In this document: positions 1 to 12,345 of the stretch, one piece after another
Layout: each line of letters starts with the position of its first letter
How positions within the stretch are numbered: position 1 is the first letter of the stretch
NCBI RefSeq assembly: GCF_001194135.2
Contig: NC_068998.1
Span: 38,384,732-38,448,378, forward strand
Reading direction: 5' to 3'
DNA length: 63,647 nt
DNA from: Octopus bimaculoides
Taxonomy: Eukaryota
Position numbers and translations under genes: made by a program
The notes under the pieces: model-generated
What the model was told of the DNA's origin: nothing
What the model saw: only the letters and a program-made list of their open reading frames with translations
Database searches by the model: none

Positions 1-1426
1 AACTTATAATGGATTGGCTAGGAAATCAGAAATATGTTTACCATTGTTAAGTAGCACTTAAGGATAACAGCAATCGAATTAAAATACAAATAGGAACGAG
101 TTTATTTTTTTTTAAAACATAAAGCCGAGATAATAGGAGCACATCTAACACTAACTAAAGACAAAGCATTTGATGACAAACTGAGAAAAGAGAAAACAGC
201 TGCACAAGGAAAAAGACCAACTATATATATTAAGAGGCATATAAGCTACAAGTACTAGACAACACTTTAAAAGACATGTACAGACTACATTGCAAATAAT
301 CAGAGTTATATACAACAAACTTCATAATAGACAAATTTCTCAAAAAACAATTTGAAAGGAAATTATAGATTTGAAACAATATTTTAACAGAACTTTTTTG
401 TTTTTCTTTTTCTTTTTTCATTCAGTTCTACCAGCAATATAAGCAGGGTGAACCAGACATTTCATTCTTTAGCAGAAACAGAAAACTTAGGAAAATTTTG
501 CTTTTGTTTTTTTTTTTTTTAATTCTCCAGACAAATAGTGAAAAATTTAATTAAAAATGTAATTGAAGTAATCAGCTCTGTGTTGAAGTTTAAGTGGGAG
601 AGAAATATTGAAACAGAATTTTTATGTTTTATATTTAAGTATTCTCTGTACAAGGAAGAGAAGTTTCTATAGAAAATCTATTTCTTGAAACAAGAAAATT
701 AACTATTATTGTTAATAAATACAGGCATATGAAAATCCACCACTTTGAAAAGTAGTTTTCTATGAAGAAAAAAAAATGATCTAAAGGAAAAGTTACTTCT
801 TCAAAATTTCACTTCCCTTTAGAGACATATTACTTCCCTTGAATCAAGATTTGACTTTTACATTTAATGTTGAATAAATATCAATGATAGCAAAGATTGC
901 AGCCACGAAACATTTTTTTTTACTGCTATGTGAAGAAAGAAGATAAGAATCTATTGTTTCATCAATTTCAAAAATCGACAAATGAAATTGCCAGTTACAA
1001 AAGTGAAAGAATTTTATTAGAAATTTAGACCTAAGTTTTAAAACAAATTAGAAAAGTAGATAAATCTAATTCATGAGTGTATGACCAAGTGCACATGTGT
1101 GGAGAAATATATTATATATATATATATAAAATATATTCACACACATATATAGACAAACATCACACTGAATTAGCATTTGTAAGAAGGGATTAGCTCCACT
1201 TAAGGTGTAAATTGAAATGTGTTTTAAATATTGATGGCAATAAAAACTTCCATGAATTGACTCAAAAATTCCATTTTCCATTAAATTTTACAAGTTTAGA
1301 GAAATTAAATTGATGCAAATGATATTCTCAATAAAAGTATGTAAAAAAAAAAAAAAGCCCATAAATACAGAACAGCCATAAGATACAGATGCCAGACTTG
1401 AATTCGAGTGTAAAACACTCACTTAC

Positions 1427-1465
1427 CTTGTTTCCCACAAAAACAACTGGCTGAGTTTTCTTTTT
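1427..1465 (-). CDS. ARID1: Candidate 39-nt in-frame micro-exon of ARID1 (KKKTQPVVFVGNK)
   Basis: (TTC)n-rich pyrimidine tract, then gttctcag|AAA; consensus donor AAG|GTAAGT; phase 0/0 with no stop. An alternative upstream acceptor at 1524 would give a 98-nt frame-shifting exon. Confidence 0.5.
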
Positions 1466-2510
1466 CTGAGAACGACACCGTAGTGGATACAATAACAAGA
1501 AGAAGAAGAAGAATTTCTTAGATTCTGATAAATATCAGTATATATATTGCAAACAGCCAAAACGATATGAAGCCAGAATACCAATGTCTTCTACATTTGA
1601 AATATATCTATCCCAAAGATAATAAATTTTACAAAACATCTAACAGATAAGATCTACCTAAATTCTCAAATAAGAAAATAATATAAAATATTTAAAAGAA
1701 CAATTACAAATTGAGATTTCATAAAACATTCAGATATGCAAAATCTAAACTGGTCACAGACAAGAAATTTACACAGAACAAATAAACCAAAACAAAATTA
1801 CACAACTAAGTTGTTAACTTCAAAAATAAAACTTAGATTAGGAAATCTCAAAAGAATATATGAAATCTCAGAAAAGGCATTGTCAAAATTCCATTTAGTT
1901 TTCTGCAATCGGTTTTCAAAATAATGAACTAGAATGGAAGCTATTTGCATAAAGTGAACAATTTGAATGAAAGTAAAGAAATTCAAAATACCAACACTTA
2001 CTCAAAAGAATTAAAAGGGGCAGGGGGAAAAAAACCTTAAGCTTTCAACAGAATATGAATAATGGACTCATATTAGCCAATGAACTCAGAAAAGGAATTA
2101 AAAAGTTAAAAAAAAAGGAGAAAAATTATCAGCAATTTTTCAGTCCATTTAACAATGCCATTTCTAGTTTTATATACTTTTTTTGTTTTTTTCCTTCTTA
2201 TTTACAACCCAACTAAGTAAAATATTTTTAAGAACTGATGTCAACATTGACCCAAACAGTTAAATGTACCAGTTATAGTTTTCTTATGTATTCCATTGGA
2301 AATAAGTTTGCAAAGAAGTAAAAATTCCATAAGAATGTAGAAAATTTTATGTGATGATATATGGTCAAAATAAATGTGTGCTTGTGTTTTTTATGAATGT
2401 CTCTAGTGCATAATTAATAACATGGCATAACAAAATTAATGAAGTTAACCAACTATAAATGTCATGCTTTTATTTAGAGTCAAGCAGAAAATGTTGGAAT
2501 GTAAACTCAC

Positions 2511-2561
2511 CATTCCTTCACCGTCATCATTGCTTTTTTTACCATGAGAGCGAGTTACATT
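2511..2561 (-). CDS. ARID1: Candidate 51-nt in-frame mini-exon of ARID1 (NVTRSHGKKSNDDGEGM)
   Basis: Acceptor tttattccttccag|AAT and donor ATG|GTGAGT; phase 0/0 with no stop. Confidence 0.55.
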
Positions 2562-2589
2562 CTGGAAGGAATAAATTTTAAGTTGATTA

Positions 2590-2810
2590 TAATAAAGGCT
2601 TGAAATTCTGGCACAGAGCCAGCAGATTTTGAAGGGAAGGGGAAATCGATTACACTAACTTTGGTACTTGACAGATACCTATTTTATCAACCCCACTGAA
2701 AGGATGAAAGGCAAAGTCAACCTCGGTGGAATTTGAACTCAGAAGATAGATAGACAAAATGTCACTAAGCACTGTCTGGCGTGCTAACAATTCTGACTAG
2801 CTCACTGCCC
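2590..2810 (-). mobile_element. tRNA-derived SINE, family A (ggcgagctggcagaa head)
   Basis: Reverse-complement similarity to the 4081-4297 copy (ggatgaaaggcaaagtcaacctcggtggaatttgaactcagaa). Confidence 0.8.
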
Positions 2811-4080
2811 TACGTTAACTTATAATAATGCATTTAATTAACAGAAGTATGTAGCTATTGCATAAACATCTTTAATAGAGTAGTTTCCATTCATAGAGGT
2901 TAGGTATCTTAAGAAATCAAGCCAATGCATTTCAGAAAGGCTATTTGTTCTTGCTATTAGAAATAACTATGGAGCAACACTCAGCAATATCACACAACAT
3001 TAATTATATTCATTTGTGGTGTTTTCATTCATCTCCTTCCAATATCCTTTGATGACTTGAACCAACCTCTATGTTTCATTAAATGAAATTACATTTTCCT
3101 GAAATGTCTTGACTCCACTTTCATTAACAGCCCACCATTTGGCCAACATCATAAAATACCAAAGCACCAGTGACCACTCACATTTACCTATTCCTATTTA
3201 AATCTATCAAATGTAAATATCATTACAACATTAGTGATAAGCCAAGATCTCCTCATGCATCTGCTGCACACAGGCAATTTTACAACATAAATAGTTTTCT
3301 GAATATTTTGTAGATACTTTTCTCTGAATCAACCCCTTCATTTCTTCTTTTAAAATTACATAAACTCCAGCTATATATTCTTAACAATTGAATTCTCAAT
3401 GATTTTCTAATGCAACAAATGGAAAACAAAAACAATATCAAATGGGTTTTAAACTGGACATTTCACTTCTCAAGTGTGTAAACAATACCAGGCAAAAGTG
3501 ATAAAAATGATCTCTAAAGAGAGAATGCCATGGGTAATTTTAAAATATTTCTCTTCTAAATTTTCAAAAGAACCAAACCCAGTAAGACATGACTGAAGAT
3601 CCACTTTATAGCAGACTATAGAACAAATATATATTAGTAACTCATTTTATAGGATAATATTTAAATTATTGACATTTCAGATTCTACCTGTAAACTACAA
3701 TAGTTTTGAAACAAAATGACTATAATTATTTTATGAAACCAGTGTAAATTCACAATCATTTTAGAATTTAATTAAAACACAATTTTAGTTCAAAATATAA
3801 CAAGAAAGGCTACATCTGCAACGGATGTTAAAAGTTTAGATTTTTCAAATAACTAAATTATATACAGAAGTTATTGGCTCTTTAAATTAATTCCTTGCAC
3901 AGGTAAACTAAAATCAGGCCACTGTTGTCACCTTTATTAGCTTCTGTTAGTCTACTTCTACATTTCTTTAAAACACAATATTTCTCTCACAATTAAGAAT
4001 ATTTTACTGCCGAGCAGATGATAATCCGAAGATCACAAAAATTGTAAAAGTTTTCATTTCTCAAGAAAGCAGTAATAGGT

Positions 4081-4297
4081 GGTGAGCTGGCAGAAGCATT
4101 AGCATGCTGGGTGAAATGCTTAGCAGTATTTCATCTGCCGTTACGTTCTGAGTTCAAATTCCGCCAAGGTCGACTTTGCCTTTCATCCTTTCGGGATCGA
4201 TAAATTAAGTACCAGTTACGGACTGGGGTCAATGTAATCGACTTAATCTCCTTGTCTGTCCTCTCTATGTTTAGCCCCTTGTTGGCAATAAAGAAAT
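4081..4297 (+). mobile_element. tRNA-derived SINE, family A, young full-length copy with 18-bp target-site duplication
   Basis: Head ggtgagctggcagaa, B-box-like gagttcaaattcc, A-rich tail; perfect TSD aagaaagcagtaataggt at 4063-4080 and 4298-4315. Confidence 0.9.
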
Positions 4298-4560
4298 AAG
4301 AAAGCAGTAATAGGTTGAGCTAAAATTATTGTTACATAAGTTTATGGAAATTTTTTACTGCTATGGATAGGATACAGTCTTTGGTTGTGGTTACACTTTA
4401 GTTATCTGAGACTTTGTTGGGTTTCTTTGCATGTAATAATAAAAATGCAGTTGCTGGTAACAGGCTAACAATAGTGGCTAGCTATTTAGTTACTACTACA
4501 AAAAGAACAAAAACCTTTTTCATGTTATCAATAGAGCATCTTTTTGATGACCATGCTGAG

Positions 4561-5762
4561 TACAAGAGGGTGCTGAAAACTTCCTCCTGTATTTTTTACC
4601 AGATCGATTAATTATGATTTTATTCAACATATTCCCCACTCAAATTCACACGCTTATTGCAGCAGTCCTTCAAGTTTTCTAAGCCCTGTAACAAGAACTC
4701 AGAAGCTTGGGCCTCCAATCAGGCTTCTGTAGCAATGATCACTTTCAAATTGGAGTGAAATTTCATTCCCTTGAGATGTTTCTTCAGGAAGGAGATGATG
4801 GTCAGAGGGGGTCAAAGTCAGCAGAGTAAGGTGGATGGTCTACCAATTTGAAGCCAAAGTCGCATATTTTCTGTAGAGTTTCATATGCTTTGTGCACTGG
4901 TGCAGGACACCACAGCTCAGCTTTTCACGGTGTTACCACTTCAAAGCTGTTCATCCAACAGAGACATATAGTATTCTGCATTGATGGTGCGACCCTTTGG
5001 CAGGTATTTTACGAGGAGTACACCATCTTTGTCCCAGAATCTTTCCAGCTGACTTCTGGCACCAAAGCTTGGGACGCAATGAACTGCAGTGATGCCACTT
5101 TATTGATTGCTGCTTGGTCAGGGATCATTATGATCAAGCCAAGTTTCGCCATTGTAACTTAACAAACCATAGAATCAGCCTCTCCTGCCTTTTATGCTGT
5201 TACTCTGATGCACTTCTGGTCTGTGTTCAAGAATTTCGGCACCCATTTTGTGGAAAGCTTTCTCATGTCCAGAATGTTGTGGATGATGTGGCCAACTCCT
5301 TCACAGAAGACCCATAGTCTCAGCAATGACTTTAGCTGAAATCCAGTGGTCCTTGAGAATTACGACATTCACAGCACTAACTTTGTCCTCTGTTGTCACA
5401 AAAGTTGGCTGTCCTGAGCAGGATTCACTTGTGACTTTGAAATCGCAAGTTCAAAGTCCTGACACCCAGATTTTCCCTGTGGAGTGAGATGGGCAACCAT
5501 CCTTCAAGACTTCTTACATCGTGCCACTCCTTTACCTTGCAAAAAGAGAGACTTCATGACCACCCATGCTCCAATTATATATCAAAATCTATTGCAGGAG
5601 CTGCCATCATGCAATGAATCTACAAAAAAGAGAGAGATATTGTATACCATCATGATATTTTGTACATCTCCTAAATAGTTGTCCTATCTCCCCTGTAAAG
5701 GCAACAGCTCTGCCCATTGGCAATAACCCTTCGAGCCAGGAATTTTTCAGCACTCCTTCGTA
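4561..5762 (-). mobile_element. Decayed, near full-length mariner DNA transposon (transposase pseudogene)
   Basis: TA-flanked TIRs (tacaagagggtgctgaaaa / ttttcagcactccttcgta), about 1.2 kb. Minus-strand remnants ILDMRKLSTKWVPKFL (WVP motif), DGVLLVKYLPKGRTINAEYY and HPPYSADF (YSPDL motif), with stops and frameshifts. Confidence 0.9.
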
Positions 5763-5767
5763 CATTT

Positions 5768-5950
5768 GAACCTGCAACATTCAGATTACTCTTCAAATGT
5801 GATGCTTATTTATTCATATTGCTTTCAATCTAATCATGCATCATCTTGTAGCTTTGAGATTTTGATGATCTGATTGTTTATTTTTAGAATGACATTAATA
5901 GTGTGCATAGCAGAGGCCAGACATGGTCAATTTGAGTGCTAAGGAGTTAA
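5768..5950 (+). mobile_element. piggyBac-type MITE, decayed copy
   Basis: Same body as 48971-49196; ends in gctaaggagttaa. Confidence 0.65.
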
Positions 5951-6104
5951 ATATTTCATGTATGCAACTAATAAAATCACAGTATATATTGGAGTGACTT
6001 TTTAAAGAGTGGACTATAAAAAGAATTTTACAATTAAATGTGTAATTATGCTTCTAGGTTTCTTGCTATCTATTGAATTTTATAGCACAGACAAAATGAA
6101 TAAT

Positions 6105-6488
6105 ACTGTGGCTATATTGGTAAGAAGCTTGCTTACCAACCACATGATTCTGGGTTCAGTTCCACTGCGTGGCACCTTGGGCAAGTGCCTTCTACTATTG
6201 CCTTGGGGCCAACCAGAGCCTTGAGAGTGAATTTGGTAGACAGAAAGAAGCCCGTCATATGTATATACATGTGTGTGTGTGTGTGTGTGTGTGTGCACGC
6301 GCATATTTCTTTGCAAATCAATACTTGACAAATCATTGCTGATGCATATACGTCTCTGTACCTTAGCAGTTTGGCAAAAGAAACCGATAGAATAAGTACC
6401 AGGGTTTAAAAAATAAGCATTTGGGTGGATTTATCCAACTAAAAATTCTTCACAGCAGTGCCCCAGCATGGCTGCAGTCTTAAGATAA
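6105..6488 (+). mobile_element. tRNA-derived SINE, family B (gtggctgtgtggtaag head, internal microsatellite)
   Basis: A-box-like gtggctatattgg, B-box-like gggttcagttcc, ccttgggcaagtg core and (TG)n middle; family-B tail. Confidence 0.85.
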
Positions 6489-6983
6489 GTCAAGATCAGG
6501 AATGCTACATTTCAATGGCCACATTACCGATGAACACCACTGAATAATTGCTGAAGTTCAATAACATTGCCTCAATAGACATTAGCAATTTGTTCCACAT
6601 AATTTAACAGGCAAGTAAAGATATGACCTGCACTAGCATACAAGATCACTAGTCCTCATTTAATTTAGACTTTTTAGGGAACTATCTGCGAAATTCCATG
6701 AGTATGAAGGAGCTATAACTACACAGCATCCATCTTGCTCGTTACTTTTATGGAGAAGAGAAATTGAGAAGTTAAAAGTTCCATGAGCTTCTATAATCAT
6801 TACCATGTGCCTGGTACAGAATAACAAATATTCAACAAGCAGTCCATAAATTAAATGGAAGCTAAATTGTTACACACCACTAACACACAACTAGCGGTCA
6901 GAGTGAGAAAGCTAAAGATTCTAGTCAAAGTGAATATATTACTGATATTGCCTCATCTATGGTCAACTGTTAACAGAACCAAG

Positions 6984-7189
6984 TACAAGTGGGGGCTGAA
7001 AAGGGTATTGCAGAAGGCCTGTTTGGAGGCCCGACCTTCCGAGTTCTTTTACAAGGCTTGAAAAATCTGAAGGACTGCTGCATTGAGTTTGTGAATCTGA
7101 GAAGTGAACATGCTAAATAGAATCATAACTAAATGATCCTCTTGTATCTTCTTTTACCCAAAGCTAGGAGCTTTTCAGCAACCCTCAAA
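6984..7189 (+). mobile_element. About 205-bp mariner-derived MITE (TIR fused to the 3' end of the 4561-5762 family)
   Basis: Starts tacaagtgggggctgaaaag and ends gagcttttcagcaaccctc; interior is the reverse complement of about 4600-4735. Confidence 0.75.
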
Positions 7190-7341
7190 CATTCTCAGCC
7201 ACAGAACAACACTAACAATGAAACGTGAACAGACGACCCTTCATTTGGTCATCTGCCCAGCATTATCATCATAATCAAACTGTGGCTGTAGATAACAATA
7301 AGCAATGATCACAGCATTTGGAAGAGGAGAGGAAAACCAAC

Positions 7342-7462
7342 CTGAGGACTATTTTGCTGATTATGCTGAGGAGATTGATTCTGAAGTGGGGATGGTTGAG
7401 GAGTATGTGAACTTTGTTGCTGTTGTGATTGAGGGGACGGTTGGGACTGGGACGTTGGTTGT

Positions 7463-7494
<32 letters not shown>

Positions 7495-7683
7495 TTGTTG
7501 TTGTTGTTGTTGTTGAGTTGATGTTGGTGGAGTGGCTAGTGGAGCTTGTGGAGAATGTCTTGGTGGAGAGGGCCCTGGAGGCTGTGGTGGTTGTTGTGGT
7601 GTAGGTTGTTGCTGATGCACCACTTGTGAAACACCCATTGATTGGTTGAAGACCATCTGATTGGGAACAAATTGACCAGGTAT
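7342..7683 (-). CDS. ARID1: ARID1/osa coding exon (114 codons, IPGQFVPNQMVF...polyQ...NSPQ)
   Basis: Acceptor ttcgtttcattttag|ATA and donor CAG|GTTGGT; 342 nt, phase 0/0; P/Q/S-rich with a 19-residue polyQ of mixed CAA/CAG codons at 7459-7515. Confidence 0.8.
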
Positions 7684-7920
7684 CTAAAATGAAACGAATA
7701 CAAGAACCAATGAAACAATCTTATTTAACCATCGGCGCTTATTTAATCAATGCAGTTAACTAAGAAAATAATATATAAATTTAGTTTTGTAAGTAAGATT
7801 TCAACCAAAACAACTTAAAAGAAAACTTGCCCCTTTCACCTTACCAATAACTGGATTTACAGTGTAGAAACACTATACAGTAGTCATGACAGAGCTATTA
7901 ACTATTCTTACTCTACACAA

Positions 7921-7958
<38 letters not shown>

Positions 7959-8386
7959 ATAGCCAAACAGTAATGAGCCATTAGCTGACTATTACATGAA
8001 TAAAGAATTAATAATTTTTTCTTTTGATAAACTACATTCAACAGAACATTCTCATCTGTATATCAAAAAACTGCCAAGTTTACTCTGCATTGCAGCTTTC
8101 CCTGTACGACAATCTTCAGACAAGGTACATTACTCTTGCTTAGTTCAACTATAAAACTAACAATTTTGTCAATATCTAACACAGAAACTATCAAGATATG
8201 TGCTAATCTAGTGGTTTCTGATAGTCTGGCACAATGAAATAGTCATGATATAATTAGGAAACACTCTACAAAGTATACTGAAGCTGACAAAAGAAAGTTT
8301 ACAATATTTTTCAATAAGAAACTTCAATGATGAGCGGACAAAATGTTATCTTAAGATACAAATATGAAGCTATGTGTGTGTACCTG

Positions 8387-8432
<46 letters not shown>

Positions 8433-9765
8433 TATATATATATATATACGCAAAATTACTTATAAATCTGGCAAGTGAATATATTGTGAGAGTAAAAGGA
8501 GGAGGAGGGAATCGTAATTCAAGAAAATAATGTCAAATAGTAAATGTTTTCATGTAAATATGACTTTTACCAAGCAGTGTCAGATTGTTCCTACAGGCAT
8601 GAGCTTGCCAGTTCTGTTGCTAAGCACACTATACTGATAAAATAATAATGAAGAAGAAATGGTATTCTACTTTAACAAGAAATAATATTGTAGATTGTTG
8701 GTGAGGCTATCATTAAAAATTTAAATGAAATTTAAACCAGATCAAGAGAAAACAGCTTCAAGACAAAAGAAATCAATAAGTCTTCAAACTGTAGCTACAC
8801 TAAAAACACAATATTAGCCTTCAATAATAATACTGATTCCTGAGTCGGAGTCACTATAATATTATTTACAAATACCTTCTTGAATTTTTCCATGATGAAA
8901 AACATTTGAAACAATTTAATCTCTTCACCTTAATCCAAATACATTTAGTTGCAAAAATTTCCTACACTTTTAGAGCAATAATTTAAACTTGAGAATTTAA
9001 AATGAATATCTCTAAGCTAAAAATTGAATAAAATCTGATGATGGTAGATGTCGAAAAAAATCTAAATTTAACTGCTTTTTTTTATGATTATATCATTAAC
9101 AGCACCATCACACCTTACTAGTGTTATACTTAATAGCAATAACATTTATACTCATCTAAACTCTTAAAGTGCAACTGTGGTTGTAAGGTAATAAATGTCT
9201 ATGTGATTGAAAGGTGTTGGTCAATTCTAATTCCACTGCTCCCAGAAAGAAATAGCTGACAACTATTTTTAAAAAATGATAGTGGTTGTTTAACAGCCTA
9301 CACAGATCAAACATTAGCAATGTCACCTACAATTAATAAGGATCTCTATCATGCGGTCAAATCTATAGATTTTGAGGGAGTATATAGTCAATGCAAGCAC
9401 TTATCAGGTACTTTTGTAATCAACCTAGAACAATGATAGGCAGAACCAACATTAGCAAAACTCAGAAAGTAAAGGGGTGTAACTAAATACAACAAGGTAT
9501 TTTGCCCACTCACTGCCTGAATGATTATTCAAATAATAACGTTAACCTTCATAAACCTATTGCTAAGCAAGATGAAATGAAATTGATGTTTCCCCCACTT
9601 CAATAAACCATGAACCAGTTTTCAGAAATTAAAATAGAAGATATTCTTTTATTTCGAATAGTAATTTTCAAAAAAATAATAATTAAAAACTAAAACAGCT
9701 ACTAAAAATATGAACTAAAATTTTAAAATAATATGTAACTAAGTTGATAGGTATAAAAATATTAC

Positions 9766-9825
9766 CTTGTTAACATCAACCATTCGTGGTTTACCAGGTT
9801 TATAACTGAACAAGTCACCTTGATG
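9766..9825 (-). CDS. ARID1: Candidate 60-nt in-frame mini-exon of ARID1 (HQGDLFSYKPGKPRMVDVNK)
   Basis: Acceptor attttatttttctag|CAT and donor AAG|GTAATA; phase 0/0 with no stop; lies between two confident exons. Confidence 0.6.
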
Positions 9826-10082
9826 CTAGAAAAATAAAATTTTAAACATAAAAATTATCCGTAATCTCAACATACTGATCATGAATTAAACTAGGTACGG
9901 CATATGCACACTAAACGAGTCTCCCTTTCTTTGGAGCTAAATGTATTTCTCTTACTGAAATCTATATTTCAAAAACTATTAAAGACCAATCAAATTTTTC
10001 CGTTTTCATTTATTTAGATTGGGAAGTTTCAAGTAGAGAAGCAGGTAATTTCCATAATCATCTGCACTGAACGAAAACTTAC

Positions 10083-10256
10083 CTGTTGTCCATAGGGCTG
10101 GCTCATTTGTCCTGAACGAACCTGTCCGGTTCCCATCATGTAACGTTGGGAATTAGGTGAAAATTGTTGATTGTTATATTGAGATGTCTGTTGAGGAAAA
10201 TTAGGAATACCTGAGGCTCGTCTTTGTTGTGGCATTTCATTCATATTTCCACCTCC
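10083..10256 (-). CDS. ARID1: ARID1/osa coding exon (58 codons, GGGNMNEMPQQRR...QPYGQQ)
   Basis: Acceptor ttttttcttgcag|GGA and donor CAG|GTAAGT; 174 nt, phase 0/0, in frame with exon 1; same Q/G/P/M/N composition. Confidence 0.85.
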
Positions 10257-12300
10257 CTGCAAGAAAAAATAAAAGGCATCTTTTAGAATGAACTAAGACG
10301 ATAAATTTTGAATTGCACCAAAACATTTTATTCTTAAACTATGTAGTTTTAAATCGTGAAGACCATTCAAAGAATATACTAAAATCTTCTTTAGATTAAT
10401 TATGAAAGCTAAACAAAATACCAGATCGTCTACACTATGTATAAAATAGATAAAGAGCTAAAACAAAACATTATAAATACTCTTCGGAGTTCCGATTGCA
10501 ATTGGTATTTTATAGATATTAAATTTAGATTGAAAAACAACTTAGAGATAACTGTAAGAGTAAAACTAGAAACATGAAATGTATATTTAACTTAATTTTT
10601 TTTTATAAAGACTCACATCTAAATGTTAACATTTCAGACAATATGCCATGTTTGTTTTTGTGTTACAATTACTATTATCGTTGTTTTTTAAACATGAATC
10701 TGCTTTACAGACCCAACTAATTCATGGACAGGAAAGATATTATTTTATGCACACAATATACAACATTAGATACTAACTTGTAAACATTTGCCCTCAGAAT
10801 ATGCAAGTGTCACTAGTGAAAGGAAACGAACCAAGAGGGATGAGAGAAAATGCGATATCAATATTGACATCTGAGAATTTGGACAAACAAAAATGCTACG
10901 ACAATACACACCCCCGAGTCAACAGGCCAAAACAACTAAGATGCTGGCTAGCAAGTGGGATATTCAAGACCTCTCTATACACTGTGTAATATAGTCTACA
11001 GTCGCTAAAGGAACCAAACGGCATTCAAGAGACAAGCAAGAATAGAACTTTGAAGATATAAAGATAATTGTAAAGACACTGGTTTTATTGATGTAAATAA
11101 GTAGAGTTACAAGTACGGAATAATGAACATTCTTTTAAATTATTTTAATGAATAATGGAATTCTCTTCTTAGACAGGTCACATACAAAAGCACTCAGATA
11201 TTCAAAAGATAGGAAATTTCCATAAGTCTATAGTAATTTTTCTTTATTACATTAGCACCAATAACTAGAAAGCCTCTAAGCCTGGCTATGTAACTATTTC
11301 ACAACACGCTATTAAAAATATCACTAGCCTCAATGCAAATTCTTTTTTTTTTAATCTTAAGTTATACAAAACAAAAAACACAGACTGTTGCGAAACCAAA
11401 TAGATAATTAACAATTTACATAAGCTACATAAACAAAAACACAAGCCCTGTCTATCTAGGTTATCACCTAAAACACTGTAGTTCAAACAATCTTTATAGA
11501 CTTATTTACGCTAAGCCCTGTGTAAAAGCAAATACTTCTCACTTTGGAGTTCTACTGTTAAGAAATGTTGACAAATGAAAATCAAAAACACAACTCGACT
11601 ACATAGCAATTTTCTAGTATATTGGTGATATCAAACAGTGGTGATATTTATTTACAAATTGTTTGAATGCTGTATAAAATTGCTACATGAAGTAGCTTGC
11701 ACAGCTCCAATCATCATGTGATCTCCGCAACAATGGTTTAAATGGGCATGTCCGACTATATGTATAATTTGCTGGTAATAAGGACACACACACACGATTA
11801 TCTTGGGTATGAAAGCGAAAGAAATTAACAGAGTCTCATATATCCATTAAATAAAAATACAGTAAATCCTTACCAAGCCAAACTAGATGAATAATAATAT
11901 GGTGTGATAAGTGAGTGACAATAAACTGACCAAAGAAACAACCGAAACCAACAGATACCAACTCCAAATGAAAAACAAGGGAGACAACCAGTTTCGACCA
12001 CGTAAAAAGTAACAATTAAAAATCTAAATTGTACAACGAATCAAAACAGTCAGGTTCCAAAAGCTTTATTAAACAATTATTATATAAAATAGTAAACAGA
12101 TGCAACCGTTTCGATAACACACCACCATCACCTTACCATATCTCTATACAGCAATTGTGATGTCAAAACCAGATTTTAAATATTACTTATGACAGTAAAT
12201 CTGTATTTTTACAATCTAAATTGATCGATTCATATAAAGTTAAATAAAAACTTTATAAATAATTACTCAGAATGATTAAGAAAAGTAAATTAAAGCGGAG

Positions 12301-12345
12301 TGACGTAAAGACGAGCCATGTTTTACTACCACCCCACACTTCCGG
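12301..12345. promoter_or_regulatory. Intronic motif cluster: TGACGT (CRE half-site) and ACTTCCGG (ETS site)
   Basis: Motifs at 12301-12306 and 12338-12345 in a locally CpG-richer stretch of intron 1. Confidence 0.25.

Noticed and set aside
40-199. Strong acceptor-like tract (ctgttttctcttttctcag) at 181-199 on the minus strand
   Set aside because: All three frames reach a stop before a credible donor, so it cannot be supported as the next ARID1 exon.
6108-6180. tRNA-like A/B-box sequences here and at other SINE heads
   Set aside because: They continue into SINE bodies and lack a full cloverleaf; not tRNA genes.
7305-7604. 99-aa + strand ORF rich in V/A/E
   Set aside because: Antisense shadow of the polyQ/P ARID1 exon.
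11874-11882. 9-nt microexon-like TAG|TTTGGCTTG|GTAAGG (also a 6-nt CAG|TTATTG|GTAAGG near 7845)
   Set aside because: Weak pyrimidine tracts; such short AG..GT pairs are expected by chance in AT-rich introns.
11990-12130. GTTTCG motifs suggesting minus-strand hammerhead halves
   Set aside because: No CUGANGA core or stem I at the required spacing.
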